Part shown: piece after piece, positions 26,904 through 35,828 of the stretch
Layout of the letters: each line of letters starts with the position of its first letter
Position numbering within the stretch: position 1 is the first letter of the stretch
Origin: a virus
Lineage: Duplodnaviria; Heunggongvirae; Uroviricota; Caudoviricetes
IMG/VR virus record: IMGVR_UViG_2585428015_000012
DNA: 36,836 nucleotides
Reading direction: 5' to 3' (one strand)
The notes under the pieces: model-generated
What the model saw: only the letters and a program-made list of their open reading frames with translations
Databases searched by the model: none
What the model was told of the DNA's origin: nothing
Program-made: the position numbers and the translations under genes

Positions 26904-27668
26904 ATGAAAATGCAGACATTACCCATCGTGCCGTGGATTGGTGGCAAACGCCGCCTTGCAAAACACATTCTGCCGCTGTTTCCGGCGCATGAATGTTATG
27001 TGGAGCCGTTTTGTGGGGCAGCAGCGCTCTATTTTCTTAAGACACCCGGCAAGATCGAAGTCATCAATGATATCAACGGTGAACTGGTGAATCTGTACCG
27101 GGTGGTAAAGCATCACCTGGAAGAATTTGTCCGCCAGTTCAAATGGGCGCTGGTCAGCCGTCAGATCTACAAATGGCTGCAGATCACCCCGGAAGAAACA
27201 CTGACGGATATCCAGCGTGCGGCACGGTTCTACTACCTTCAGAAGCAGGCGTTTGGCGGCAAGGTGGCAGAGCACAGCTTCGGTACCTCCACCACATCCC
27301 CGCCACGCTTCAACCTGCTACGTATTGAAGAAGAACTGTCAGCGGCACACCTGCGGCTTTCCAGAACAGTCATAGAACACATGGACTGGCAACAGTGCAT
27401 TGAGCGTTATGATCGTCCGCACACGCTGTTCTACTGCGACCCACCGTACCTGGGTACGGAAGGCTATGGTGTGGATTTTCCTGAAGGGAACTACTCGCGG
27501 CTGGCAGAGCTGGCCCGGTGCATCAGAGGAAAAATGATAATTTCGGTGAACGACATCCCGCAGATGCGCGAGGTGTTCACTGGACTGAACATACAGACAG
27601 TGAATATCAACTACAGTCTGGCGGGTAAACCCACGCCGCGCCGTGAACTGCTAATCTGCAACTTCTGA
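26904..27668 (+). CDS. DNA adenine methyltransferase (Dam family, N6-adenine)
   Basis: 254 aa; N-terminal AdoMet-binding region (IVPWIGGKRRL, EPFCGAAAL) and catalytic DPPY motif (FYCDPPYLGTEGY). Confidence 0.85.
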   Translation: MKMQTLPIVPWIGGKRRLAKHILPLFPAHECYVEPFCGAAALYFLKTPGKIEVINDINGELVNLYRVVKHHLEEFVRQFKWALVSRQIYKWLQITPEETLTDIQRAARFYYLQKQAFGGKVAEHSFGTSTTSPPRFNLLRIEEELSAAHLRLSRTVIEHMDWQQCIERYDRPHTLFYCDPPYLGTEGYGVDFPEGNYSRLAELARCIRGKMIISVNDIPQMREVFTGLNIQTVNINYSLAGKPTPRRELLICNF

Positions 27669-27675
27669 AACAAAA

Positions 27676-27698
27676 CCGGAAAGCACAATGCTTTCCGG
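27676..27698 (-). terminator. Intrinsic terminator hairpin (9 bp stem CCGGAAAGC-ACAAT-GCTTTCCGG) shared by convergent dam and repressor genes
   Basis: Perfect stem; on the minus strand it is followed by TTTTGTTTC, so it is best placed to terminate the repressor transcript. Confidence 0.5.
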
Positions 27699-27784
27699 TA
27701 AACCAAACAACTTCCACTATGTCACTGGCGATGTTTTCTGAAAGCATCCAGATCAACCACCTGTCCTTTGTGTCCGGGTCAGTA

Positions 27785-28141
27785 TCAGCCTGCGATTTTT
27801 CCTGGTTTTGGCTGAGTATAGAATCGCCCAATCTCAAGAAATGAGCGTTGTTGGTCTGGTGTCATGTCGTCAAAAGTATCTATTAGTTTTTGTTTTTCTG
27901 GGGAAATTTGATTCTGGTTTCTAGTCATACCATCTGTGCTCATTCCAGTGAGCAACCAATTTACATCAACATTAAACTCTTGATGCATCTTTAACAGAAA
28001 CTCCCCTCCAGGCATCGCCTTTCCATTTTCAATCTGACTGATACCACCATTAGAAATACCTAAACGAGCTGCAAATTCTCTCTGGTTCAACCCTGCTTTC
28101 TTCCTCACAGAAATAACGCGCTCTCCTATATCTTTGCTCAT
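27785..28141 (-). CDS. XRE-family HTH repressor (phage immunity repressor, c-like)
   Basis: 118 aa; HTH motif LNQREFAARLGISNGGISQIENG; transcribed divergently from the early operon across an operator-like palindrome; AT-rich. Confidence 0.75.
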   Translation of the reverse strand: MSKDIGERVISVRKKAGLNQREFAARLGISNGGISQIENGKAMPGGEFLLKMHQEFNVDVNWLLTGMSTDGMTRNQNQISPEKQKLIDTFDDMTPDQQRSFLEIGRFYTQPKPGKIAG

Positions 28142-28164
28142 AAAAGTGAATCTCTATCTTGATA

Positions 28165-28182
28165 TGCTCATAATTATGAGCA
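28165..28182. promoter_or_regulatory. Perfect 18 bp palindrome TGCTCATAATTATGAGCA in the repressor/ner divergent region (candidate operator)
   Basis: Read directly; lies between the repressor start (28141) and the ner-like start (28235). Confidence 0.5.
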
Positions 28183-28234
28183 ATAATCTAACACATATAA
28201 GGCAAACATCATTGCATCAACAAAGGAGACAACG

Positions 28235-28423
28235 ATGACTGCAGAACAAGTCAAAGCTCTCTTCCGCCAGCGCGGGATCACTTTCACCCGCTGGGCAGAA
28301 GAAAACGGCTACAACCGCAATGAGGTATACCGCGTTCTCAACGGGCAGACCAAAGCCCGTTACGGTAAATCCCATGAAATCGCCGTGAAGTTGGGACTGA
28401 AATCAACAGCTCAGGCGGCCTAA
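28235..28423 (+). CDS. Ner-like small DNA-binding protein
   Basis: 62 aa; AAGGAG ribosome-binding site; pattern ALFRQRGITFTRWAEENGY...GKSHEIAVKLGL resembles the Ner/Nlp HTH family; first gene of the early operon next to the repressor, as in Mu. Confidence 0.6.
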   Translation: MTAEQVKALFRQRGITFTRWAEENGYNRNEVYRVLNGQTKARYGKSHEIAVKLGLKSTAQAA

Positions 28424-28469
28424 ATATTTTGAGTCTTTGTAAAAGGTTATCACATATCGCAAAAGAGGT

Positions 28470-28784
28470 ATGCAGATGAGTAAGACGAATGTTTCAAGCT
28501 CCGGCAGTCGCATCCTCCGGGTACTCAAAGCGCTGCGCGGTCATGCCCTGAACGGTATTTCTAACGGTGAACTGGCGACAGCACTGCACGAGTCACCGGC
28601 AAACATCAACCGGGCACTCAACACCCTCATTGAAGAAGGGCTGGCTCTGAAACTGGAGAACGGACGTTTTGCACCGGGCATCCAGTTACTGCAGATCGCC
28701 ATGGCCCACAGTAACGAGATGGCACGTGCACAGGATCGTATTAACGAAATTAACCAACGTGTCATTTCAGGTAGTCGTTTGTAA
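28470..28784 (+). CDS. Putative winged-helix DNA-binding protein
   Basis: 104 aa; good ribosome-binding site; HTH-like segment GISNGELATALHESPANINRALNTLIEEGL. Confidence 0.45.
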   Translation: MQMSKTNVSSSGSRILRVLKALRGHALNGISNGELATALHESPANINRALNTLIEEGLALKLENGRFAPGIQLLQIAMAHSNEMARAQDRINEINQRVISGSRL

Positions 28785-28794
28785 GGAGTAATCA

Positions 28795-29715
28795 ATGGGA
28801 CGTACCAAATCACCGATTAACACTGAACTGAACGCCGATGTACCGCTGTCGGATGATCTCAACGTCAGCCTGAATGCCATGACACAGCATCGCATGGAGA
28901 TCATGCAGCAGTTTGGTGATGGACTGCCTTATGAACGTGAACGCATCGTTCACGAAGCACGTTTTTATATGGCGCAGAGTGCTGAATCTATGTTGGAAGC
29001 GGGTAAGCGGCTGATCATCTTAAAAGAAAATGAACCGCATGGTGATTTCACAAATATTCTGGAAAACGACCTCGGATTAGCACCACAGGTAGCTCGTCGC
29101 ATGATGCAGGCCAGCGTGAAATTTCTCGGCAATGGAGATGAACAGCCAAAACGCTCAGCGCTGAGCGTTTTGGGAAAAACCAAGTTATATGAACTGATGG
29201 TTCTGGATGACGAAGAACTCGACGCATTAGCTGATGGTGGAACCGTCGCCGGTGCAACGCTTGATGATATTGATCGCATGACCAGCCGCGAACTGAAGGC
29301 CGCCCTGCGTGAAGCGCGCGAAACCAACGCAGCTCAGCAACAGGTGCTTGCCGGAAAGGACGAAAAAATCAACGAACTGGCCACAAAACTGGAGAAGAAA
29401 TCGCGCCTGCAACCTCCGCCGCCAGACGAAGAACTGAAAAAATTGCGGGCGGAAGTGACGGCATTAGCGGTTGAGGCCGAATCGGCTATCGCCGTCCGGC
29501 TGTCCAGTGTTTTTGAGACCCTGTGTGAATACTGCACCAAAAACATGATCGATACCCCCAGAGATTTCATGGCCGGTCTGGTCTGCCAGATTGAACGCAG
29601 TGTTCATGCATTACGTGAGACGTTTGACCTTGAGGCCGCTCCATCGGGTAACGATGCCCCCGCCTGGCTGACCGAACCGGAACCTGAAATCAACCGACCG
29701 GAGGATATGCAGTAA
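28795..29715 (+). CDS. Hypothetical early protein (306 aa, coiled-coil-rich; DUF3102-like by recollection)
   Basis: TAAGGAG ribosome-binding site; acidic/coiled-coil composition; between ner-like gene and transposase. Confidence 0.45.
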   Translation: MGRTKSPINTELNADVPLSDDLNVSLNAMTQHRMEIMQQFGDGLPYERERIVHEARFYMAQSAESMLEAGKRLIILKENEPHGDFTNILENDLGLAPQVARRMMQASVKFLGNGDEQPKRSALSVLGKTKLYELMVLDDEELDALADGGTVAGATLDDIDRMTSRELKAALREARETNAAQQQVLAGKDEKINELATKLEKKSRLQPPPPDEELKKLRAEVTALAVEAESAIAVRLSSVFETLCEYCTKNMIDTPRDFMAGLVCQIERSVHALRETFDLEAAPSGNDAPAWLTEPEPEINRPEDMQ

Positions 29716-30032
29716 TGAATACGAATAACACACAAAATACCCTGATGGACAGCCCGGAGGCACTGGGGCACGCACTGTGTAATCTGCTGCCGGAGATGGT
29801 GCAGGGTTTCCGCGTGGTGACCCCTTCCGGTGAAATCTGCGTACCCGCACAGGAGACGCACCCGTTTGTACTGACGATGGAGGTGATGCTGATGCAGCAG
29901 ATAAGACGTCTGCAGAATCAGTCAGCATTACGCCCGGTAGTTGCACCGCAACCGGTAAATACCGTGGTGAAAACCTGCGATGGCGAAACACTGTGCGACC
30001 TCGCCAGAAAAATTGCCGCCAGAATCGGATAA
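29715..30032 (+). CDS. Hypothetical early protein (105 aa)
   Basis: TAATG-coupled to the preceding gene. Confidence 0.4.
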   Translation: MNTNNTQNTLMDSPEALGHALCNLLPEMVQGFRVVTPSGEICVPAQETHPFVLTMEVMLMQQIRRLQNQSALRPVVAPQPVNTVVKTCDGETLCDLARKIAARIG

Positions 30033-30047
30033 CAGGGAAGACAAGCT

Positions 30048-31817
30048 ATGACCCCGGCACTGACTGAAAAACTGGTTGAAACAGCCCGCGCGGCACGTGA
30101 CGCGGGGCATGGTAAACGCGGTGCAATATACGACGCTGCCTGTGCTGAACTTGGCATGTCCCGCGCCACTCTGCTGCGCAGGCTGAAGGAGGTATCTGTG
30201 ACTGATAAACGCAAAAAACGCGCCGATGCCGGGCGCAGCGCCCTGACCCGCGACGAAGCCGCGCTGATATCTGCCACACTGCGTGAGGCCACCCGCAAGA
30301 ACGGTAAGCGTCTCTATTCCATCGCAGATGCAGTGGAAACCCTGCGGGCTAACGGCTTTATCACCGCAGGCAGAACAGATGAAACCACCAGTGAGTTTTT
30401 CCCGTTGTCTGAAGATGCCATCAGCCGTGCTCTGCGTAACTATGGCCTGCACCCGGAACAACTGGATGCCCCTGCACCACATACCGAAGTGGCCAGTCTG
30501 CATCCCAATCATGTCTGGCAGATTGACGCCTCACTCTGCACGCTTTACTACCTGAGCAATGGACATAAAGGGCTGCAGGTGATGGACAGCGCGAAGTTCT
30601 ACAAGAACAAGCCCGCTAACCTTGCCCGTATCGCCAGTGACCGCGTGTGGAGTTACGAGATTACCGACCATGCCAGCGGCTGGATTTACGTTGAGTATGT
30701 GACGGGCGCGGAATCAGGTGAGAACCTGTGTTCTGTGCTTATCAACGCCATGCAGGAGCGTGGCGGCGCAGACGTGCTGCACGGCGTGCCGAAAATACTC
30801 TATCTCGACCCCGGCTCGGCAAACACCGCGGGTATGACGAAAAACATGTGCCGCTCACTGGGCATCGACCTGATAGCGCACAAGCCGCATAACGCCCGCG
30901 CCACCGGACAGGTGGAAAAGGCGCGTGACATTATCGAACGCAAGCTGGAGCCGGGTCTGAAGTTCCGGCCGGTTCACAGTCTGGAAGAACTCAACGCGCT
31001 GGCCGCGAAATGGCGCAGCCACTTTAACGCCACGGCTGTTCACAGCCGCCACGGTAAAACCCGCACGGATATCTGGCTGAAGATTACTGCTGAGCAGCTG
31101 AAAAAAGCGCCTTCCGTTGAGGTATGTCGTGAACTGGCTGTGGCGGCACCAGAACTCCGCAAAGTCACGCCAAAACTTCGTGTCTCGTTCCGGGGCACTG
31201 AATTTGACGTATCAACGGTACCGGGCGTACTGGTTGGTGAAAAACTGATGATTACCCGTAACCCATGGCGCAGCGATGTGGCACAGGTGGTTCTGACCGG
31301 TGAGGACGGCCACGAGACGTTCTTCCTGGTCGAAGAGGTCAGAAAGAACGAGTTTGGCTTTGCTGAAGGCGCGGCGGTATTTGGCGAAAGTTACAAAGCC
31401 CTGCCGGAAACCCCGGCACAGATGGCGGCAAAAGAAACCGAAGCGCTGGTTACCGGTACAGACAACGCCGCAGATGCAGCCGCCGCACGCAAGGCGAAGG
31501 CGCTGCCGTTCGGCGGGCGGCTTGACCCGTATAAACATATCGACGACACCACACTTCCGGCCTATATGCCGAAGCGTGGTCAGGCCTCTGACGTACGCGG
31601 GCCGCGCACTGAACAACGTCCCATGACTCATGTGGAGGCCGCGAAAGCCCTGCGCGATAAGTTCAGCGCCGACGGCCTTACCTGGACGCCGGAACATTAC
31701 CGCCAGTTAACGGCACAGTACCCGGACGGCGTACCGGAAGCCGCACTGGATGAAGTCATGGCCACGCTGACCACACCGGCCCGCAGCAGTGTTATCAGCA
31801 TTGTTAACGGCAACTGA
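30048..31817 (+). CDS. Phage DDE transposase (Mu A functional analogue; integrase-core fold with N-terminal HTH)
   Basis: 589 aa; N-terminal HTH (MSRATLLRRLKEV); central core with conserved acidic residues (WQIDAS..., LYLDPGSANT..., QVEKARDIIE); followed by an AAA+ ATPase gene as in transposable phages. Confidence 0.85.
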   Translation: MTPALTEKLVETARAARDAGHGKRGAIYDAACAELGMSRATLLRRLKEVSVTDKRKKRADAGRSALTRDEAALISATLREATRKNGKRLYSIADAVETLRANGFITAGRTDETTSEFFPLSEDAISRALRNYGLHPEQLDAPAPHTEVASLHPNHVWQIDASLCTLYYLSNGHKGLQVMDSAKFYKNKPANLARIASDRVWSYEITDHASGWIYVEYVTGAESGENLCSVLINAMQERGGADVLHGVPKILYLDPGSANTAGMTKNMCRSLGIDLIAHKPHNARATGQVEKARDIIERKLEPGLKFRPVHSLEELNALAAKWRSHFNATAVHSRHGKTRTDIWLKITAEQLKKAPSVEVCRELAVAAPELRKVTPKLRVSFRGTEFDVSTVPGVLVGEKLMITRNPWRSDVAQVVLTGEDGHETFFLVEEVRKNEFGFAEGAAVFGESYKALPETPAQMAAKETEALVTGTDNAADAAAARKAKALPFGGRLDPYKHIDDTTLPAYMPKRGQASDVRGPRTEQRPMTHVEAAKALRDKFSADGLTWTPEHYRQLTAQYPDGVPEAALDEVMATLTTPARSSVISIVNGN

Positions 31818-31827
31818 GGAGGGAAAC

Positions 31828-32994
31828 ATGCTGGTACTGAAGCAGCAACTGAAAGAGGCCCGTATTCCACAGGCGGTGGTGGCGAGAGCTGTCGATGTTT
31901 CTGAGGCCACGCTGGCCCAGATTGTGAATCATAACGCGTGGCCCCGCACCAGCCCCGGAGAAGTGCGCCGGCGTCTTGCGTCCTGGCTGGAAAGTCAGGG
32001 GATTGATACAACGAAGAGTTTTGATGCTGTACAGGGCGCGGCCACGCCCCGTACAGCGGGTACCACAGATAAAACGAGCCTCAGTGAGGAAGAGAATATG
32101 TTACTCAAAAAACAGGTGTTATTTCCAGCAACCAAAAAAGCGTTTGGTCTTTTCCGTGACCCGTTCGCCGACGAAGCCATGCAGGGTTCTGATGATGTGT
32201 TCACCACCCCGGACATTCGCTACGTGCGTGAGGCGCTGTACCAGACAGCCCGTCATGGTGGGTTTATGGCCGTCATCGGTGAGTCCGGTGCGGGTAAATC
32301 CACGCTGCGCCGCGACCTGACTGAACGTATCAACCGCGAGAATGCGCCGGTAATTGTTATCGAGCCATACATCATCGCTATGGAAGACAACGATGTGAAA
32401 GGGAAAACCCTGAAGGCAGCAGCTATTGCCGAAGCCATTATCAGTACCATCGCACCACTGGAAAGCATCAGACGCAGTCAGGACGCCCGTTTTCGCCAGT
32501 TGCATCGCGTCCTGAAAGACAGCAGCCAGGCGGGGTTCAGCCACGTTCTGGTGATTGAGGAGGCCCACAGTCTGCCCATTCCGACACTGAAACACCTCAA
32601 ACGCTTTTTTGAGCTGGAGTCCGGTTTCAAAAAACTGCTGTCCATCGTGCTGATTGGCCAGCCGGAACTGGCGACAAAACTGTCTGAACGCAATATGGAA
32701 GTCCGTGAAGTCGTTCAGCGCTGTGAGGTGGTCGAACTTCTGCCTCTGGACAATAACCTTGAAGAATTTCTGACGTTCAAACTGCAACGGGCCGGTAAAC
32801 AGCTGACGGACATTATGGACGCCGGTGCAGTGGATGCCATACGTGCCCGCCTGAGCAATCCGGGAAGTCACCGTAAAAATATGGTCAGCCTGCTGTATCC
32901 GCTGGCCGTCAGTAACCTGGTAATAGCCGCCATGAATCTGGCCGCTGAAATCGGGGTTCCACAGGTCAACGCTGACGTTGTCAAAGGGGTTTAA
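31828..32994 (+). CDS. Transposition AAA+ ATPase (Mu B functional analogue)
   Basis: Start at ATG 31828 with GAGGAGGG upstream; Walker A GESGAGKST, Walker B-like VLVIEEAH; N-terminal HTH-like segment. Confidence 0.8.
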   Translation: MLVLKQQLKEARIPQAVVARAVDVSEATLAQIVNHNAWPRTSPGEVRRRLASWLESQGIDTTKSFDAVQGAATPRTAGTTDKTSLSEEENMLLKKQVLFPATKKAFGLFRDPFADEAMQGSDDVFTTPDIRYVREALYQTARHGGFMAVIGESGAGKSTLRRDLTERINRENAPVIVIEPYIIAMEDNDVKGKTLKAAAIAEAIISTIAPLESIRRSQDARFRQLHRVLKDSSQAGFSHVLVIEEAHSLPIPTLKHLKRFFELESGFKKLLSIVLIGQPELATKLSERNMEVREVVQRCEVVELLPLDNNLEEFLTFKLQRAGKQLTDIMDAGAVDAIRARLSNPGSHRKNMVSLLYPLAVSNLVIAAMNLAAEIGVPQVNADVVKGV

Positions 32995-32996
32995 TA

Positions 32997-33266
32997 ATGA
33001 AATCCACCACAGGTATCAACCAGCAAATCAGCAAAGTGCAGTCAGCCATTATGGCGCTTAAGGCGACGAACACGGATGTACAAAGCATCACCATCAGGGG
33101 TAACAAACCTGTCATCCGCGTTTCCCGGAGTGCGCATTGCATGCGCATGCTTGAGCAGGGAAAGGCCTGTTATCTGTATACCGGACATGACCACAGGGGA
33201 TATTTCCGTCAGGGCGTTTTCGAACTGCACGGCTGTCGCGTCGTGTGGCCGGAATCTTTGTGGTAA
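32997..33266 (+). CDS. Hypothetical small early protein (89 aa)
   Basis: Coupled to the B-like gene stop (TAATAATG). Confidence 0.45.
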   Translation: MKSTTGINQQISKVQSAIMALKATNTDVQSITIRGNKPVIRVSRSAHCMRMLEQGKACYLYTGHDHRGYFRQGVFELHGCRVVWPESLW

Positions 33267-33293
33267 TCAGCACAACTGGAGAAATCATAAAAA

Positions 33294-33824
33294 ATGGCAA
33301 AAAGTACAAAAGGTGCAAAACGTATCAAGGCCGCAGCAGCACTCTGGGTGCCGGGGACACGTGAAGAGGTCATTGAGGGAATCAGACTACTCGGTGACGC
33401 ACAACGTGAACTGGTCAGGGCTGAAACAGAAATGAATGACGCCATTGGCGATATCACCGCACGTTATGCCCCGCTCACCGAGAGCCTGAAAAAACGCATG
33501 GCCGAACTGCAGTCCGGTATTCAGACATGGTGTGAGGCACACCGTGATGAACTGACCGGCAACGGGAAGGTGAAGTTCGCTAACCTCACCACCGGCGAGG
33601 TGCAGTGGCGAAACCGTCCGCCATCAGTCAGTATCCGTGGGGCGGATAATGTTATTGAATTACTGAGACGTCTGGGGCTTGAGCGCTTTATTCGTGTAAA
33701 AGAGGAAATAAATAAAGACGCTATCCTGAATGAAAAAGAGGCCGTGAAAAATATTCCCGGTATTTCCATTAAAAGCGACATTGAGGATTTTTCAATAATT
33801 CCTTTTGAGCAGGATGTGCAGTAA
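33294..33824 (+). CDS. gam: Gam-like host-nuclease inhibitor (Mu Gam family)
   Basis: 176 aa; near-colinear resemblance to Mu Gam (MAK..KRIK.AAA, ETEMNDAI, WCEA.RDELT..GKVK.ANL.TG.V.WR.RPPSVSIRG, GISIKSDIEDFSIIPFEQ). Confidence 0.85.
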   Translation: MAKSTKGAKRIKAAAALWVPGTREEVIEGIRLLGDAQRELVRAETEMNDAIGDITARYAPLTESLKKRMAELQSGIQTWCEAHRDELTGNGKVKFANLTTGEVQWRNRPPSVSIRGADNVIELLRRLGLERFIRVKEEINKDAILNEKEAVKNIPGISIKSDIEDFSIIPFEQDVQ

Positions 33825-33921
33825 ACACACCACGTTAATTATTTAATAAAAACATTTTCTTTTTTATTCCGACGTCAGCGCCGCGGGCTTCTGCACGCCG
33901 GAAACAGAGGAGAATTAAATC

Positions 33922-34116
33922 ATGATATTTAAATGTATTCAGTGCGAGAGGGATATAACAGCCCTGCGTTTTCACAGCGCCATCGCCGTGATGTCCGGTA
34001 AATACCACATCCCTGCGGTACGCGTCACCCTGGTCTGCCCGTACTGCAGCCAGCATTTTTCGGCAGACGTGCCCGTCATGGAATTCTCCCGCCCTGACAG
34101 GGAGGACTCGCAATGA
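33922..34116 (+). CDS. Small zinc-ribbon protein (CxxC...CxxC)
   Basis: 64 aa; GAGGAG ribosome-binding site; Cys pairs at 5/8 and 39/42. Confidence 0.45.
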   Translation: MIFKCIQCERDITALRFHSAIAVMSGKYHIPAVRVTLVCPYCSQHFSADVPVMEFSRPDREDSQ

Positions 34117-34385
34117 TTACCCCACAGGAAGCACGACAGCGCACCCGAACCCTTGTTGAACACTATGTCAACGAGTGTGAATGCCGCGACCTCACCGATG
34201 TGAAGCACGTCCTGACGGCGCTAATCAGCATGGCCACACAGGCCATTGTGGCGACCAACGGAAAGGAGGCTGCCCTGCAGGTACTGATGAACACACTCAC
34301 CCACACGGCAGAGCATGAGGTGCCGTACCGGATGGAAACCACTGCAGAAGGCGGCCTGCACATCACCGTCAGCCGGAAGCACTGA
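34113..34385 (+). CDS. Hypothetical small early protein (90 aa)
   Basis: GGAGG ribosome-binding site; ATGA coupling. Confidence 0.45.
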   Translation: MITPQEARQRTRTLVEHYVNECECRDLTDVKHVLTALISMATQAIVATNGKEAALQVLMNTLTHTAEHEVPYRMETTAEGGLHITVSRKH

Positions 34386-34394
34386 GGGCGCGGC

Positions 34395-34691
34395 ATGACA
34401 CGAAACACCGAACTCACCCGCACCGCCCTCTACCGTCTGGCCCTGCAGCGTTTCGGGCCGGACGCACAGGCCCTGAAACTGGCAGAAGAGGCCGCTGAAC
34501 TGGCGGCCAGTGCCGCCCGCAACCTGAACGGACAGGGCAGCGAAAGTGACCTCGCGGCAGAGCTGGCAGACGTGGAAATCATGACAGAGCAACTGCGCCT
34601 TCAGGGGATGGACCGGCTGATTGACTTCCACAAACAGAAAAAACTGGAACGTCTGGCTGCACGACTGGGCGTGATTTACACGAACGAGTAA
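34395..34691 (+). CDS. MazG-like nucleotide pyrophosphohydrolase domain protein (tentative)
   Basis: 98 aa all-alpha protein with paired acidic motifs (EEAAELAA...AAELADVEIM...L) resembling small MazG/HisE-type NTP-PPases. Confidence 0.45.
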   Translation: MTRNTELTRTALYRLALQRFGPDAQALKLAEEAAELAASAARNLNGQGSESDLAAELADVEIMTEQLRLQGMDRLIDFHKQKKLERLAARLGVIYTNE

Positions 34692-34705
34692 CCGGGAGGC
34701 ATTCA

Positions 34706-34921
34706 ATGGCTGACATACTCAGGGAAATCACCGCATGGACACTGATTCTTACTGGCCTGGCGACATGCCTCAGTGCGGGGGCAGCCCTGGCTGCCCTGCT
34801 GATGCACATAACAACACAGTGGTTATGGGAAAAGCTTAAAGCAGCATACAGCCTGAAAGAGCTGTCCGACGCTGTCCGGGCATGGAAACGGCAGAAAAAT
34901 ACCGGAGATACAGAACAATGA
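34706..34921 (+). CDS. Small membrane protein (71 aa)
   Basis: GGGAGG ribosome-binding site; hydrophobic segment WTLILTGLATCLSAGAALAALLM. Confidence 0.45.
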   Translation: MADILREITAWTLILTGLATCLSAGAALAALLMHITTQWLWEKLKAAYSLKELSDAVRAWKRQKNTGDTEQ

Positions 34922-35601
34922 CAGACCAGAATAAACACATTGAGAAACTGAAAAAGTTGCTGGCGCTGGCCGCATCCGGCAACCCGCACGAGGCCGCTCT
35001 GGCACTGCGCCGAGCCCGTAAACTGATGGATGTTCACGGCATCACACATTCCGACATTGCTATGAGTGATATTGATGAAACCATCAGTCACTACTGGCCG
35101 ACAGGCAGTCTCCGTCCACCGCGCTACATGCTGGGCCTGATGAACATCATCCGCGAGGTATTTGGTGTTAACTCCATCATTCACCCCGGCACGCATCCGT
35201 CTGTGGGGTTCTACGGCAACCGGGAACGTGCGGCACTGGCTGCATACACCTGGGAAGTGCTGGCCCGTCAGCTGAAAAAGGCGCGTCAGCAGTATATCAG
35301 TGCACAGAACAAAAGAATAAAAACCGCCACCCGCACCAGCCGTGGAGACCAGTTTGCCGAAGGCTGGGTGCTGGCCGTTATCAGTGAAATACAGTCCTTT
35401 GCCCTGACCGATGATGAGCGTGAACTGATGCAGCAGTGGCTGGAACATAAATACCCGCAGACGCAAACCACCAGGGCGCGTAAACCGGGAAGAAGCCGCA
35501 ATGGCGACGCCTCGCGCTATGCGGGGTTTCGTGAAGGGCAGAACGTCAGACTGCACCGCCCGGTCAGTGGGCAGGAACAACAGAAACTGGAGGCCAGATG
35601 A
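34918..35601 (+). CDS. Hypothetical early protein (DUF2786-like by recollection)
   Basis: Start at ATG 34918 (ATGA overlap with preceding gene, GGAG upstream); 227 aa. Confidence 0.45.
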   Translation: MTDQNKHIEKLKKLLALAASGNPHEAALALRRARKLMDVHGITHSDIAMSDIDETISHYWPTGSLRPPRYMLGLMNIIREVFGVNSIIHPGTHPSVGFYGNRERAALAAYTWEVLARQLKKARQQYISAQNKRIKTATRTSRGDQFAEGWVLAVISEIQSFALTDDERELMQQWLEHKYPQTQTTRARKPGRSRNGDASRYAGFREGQNVRLHRPVSGQEQQKLEAR

Positions 35602-35828
35602 TTACGCTATCAGGTAAAAGCCGGAAATTAAAAGCCTGCCGAATATCTGCCAGATACCTTTTTGCCCGCGCCTTTTTTAAGAACGTCAGGCCGGGGATCA
35701 CAATTGGTGTTATTGCCGGACGCGAACAGGTTGAAAAATACATGTCAGGTGCATGGTGGAATAACGACCCTGTCATTGCTGCCCGTAATATTCATATCGA
35801 ATGGGGAGGTATTCAGAATGACTACTGA
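35598..35828 (+). CDS. Hypothetical small protein (76 aa)
   Basis: ATGA-coupled ORF in the early operon. Confidence 0.4.
   Translation: MITLSGKSRKLKACRISARYLFARAFFKNVRPGITIGVIAGREQVEKYMSGAWWNNDPVIAARNIHIEWGGIQNDY

Noticed and set aside
25300-28200. Junction of two separate Mu-like prophages (one truncated) meeting head-to-head
   Set aside because: The convergent dam and repressor genes are separated by only ~116 bp containing a shared terminator hairpin, leaving no room for phage ends, and no transposase-binding-site-like direct repeats are visible. A single element with divergent modules is more parsimonious, but this cannot be excluded without locating the real ends.
32119-32871. 250 aa minus-strand ORF inside the B-like ATPase gene; also 34579..35580 (-) 333 aa and 15912..16646 (+) 244 aa
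   Set aside because: Each is antisense to a well-supported gene with ribosome-binding site and operon context; judged to be shadow ORFs.
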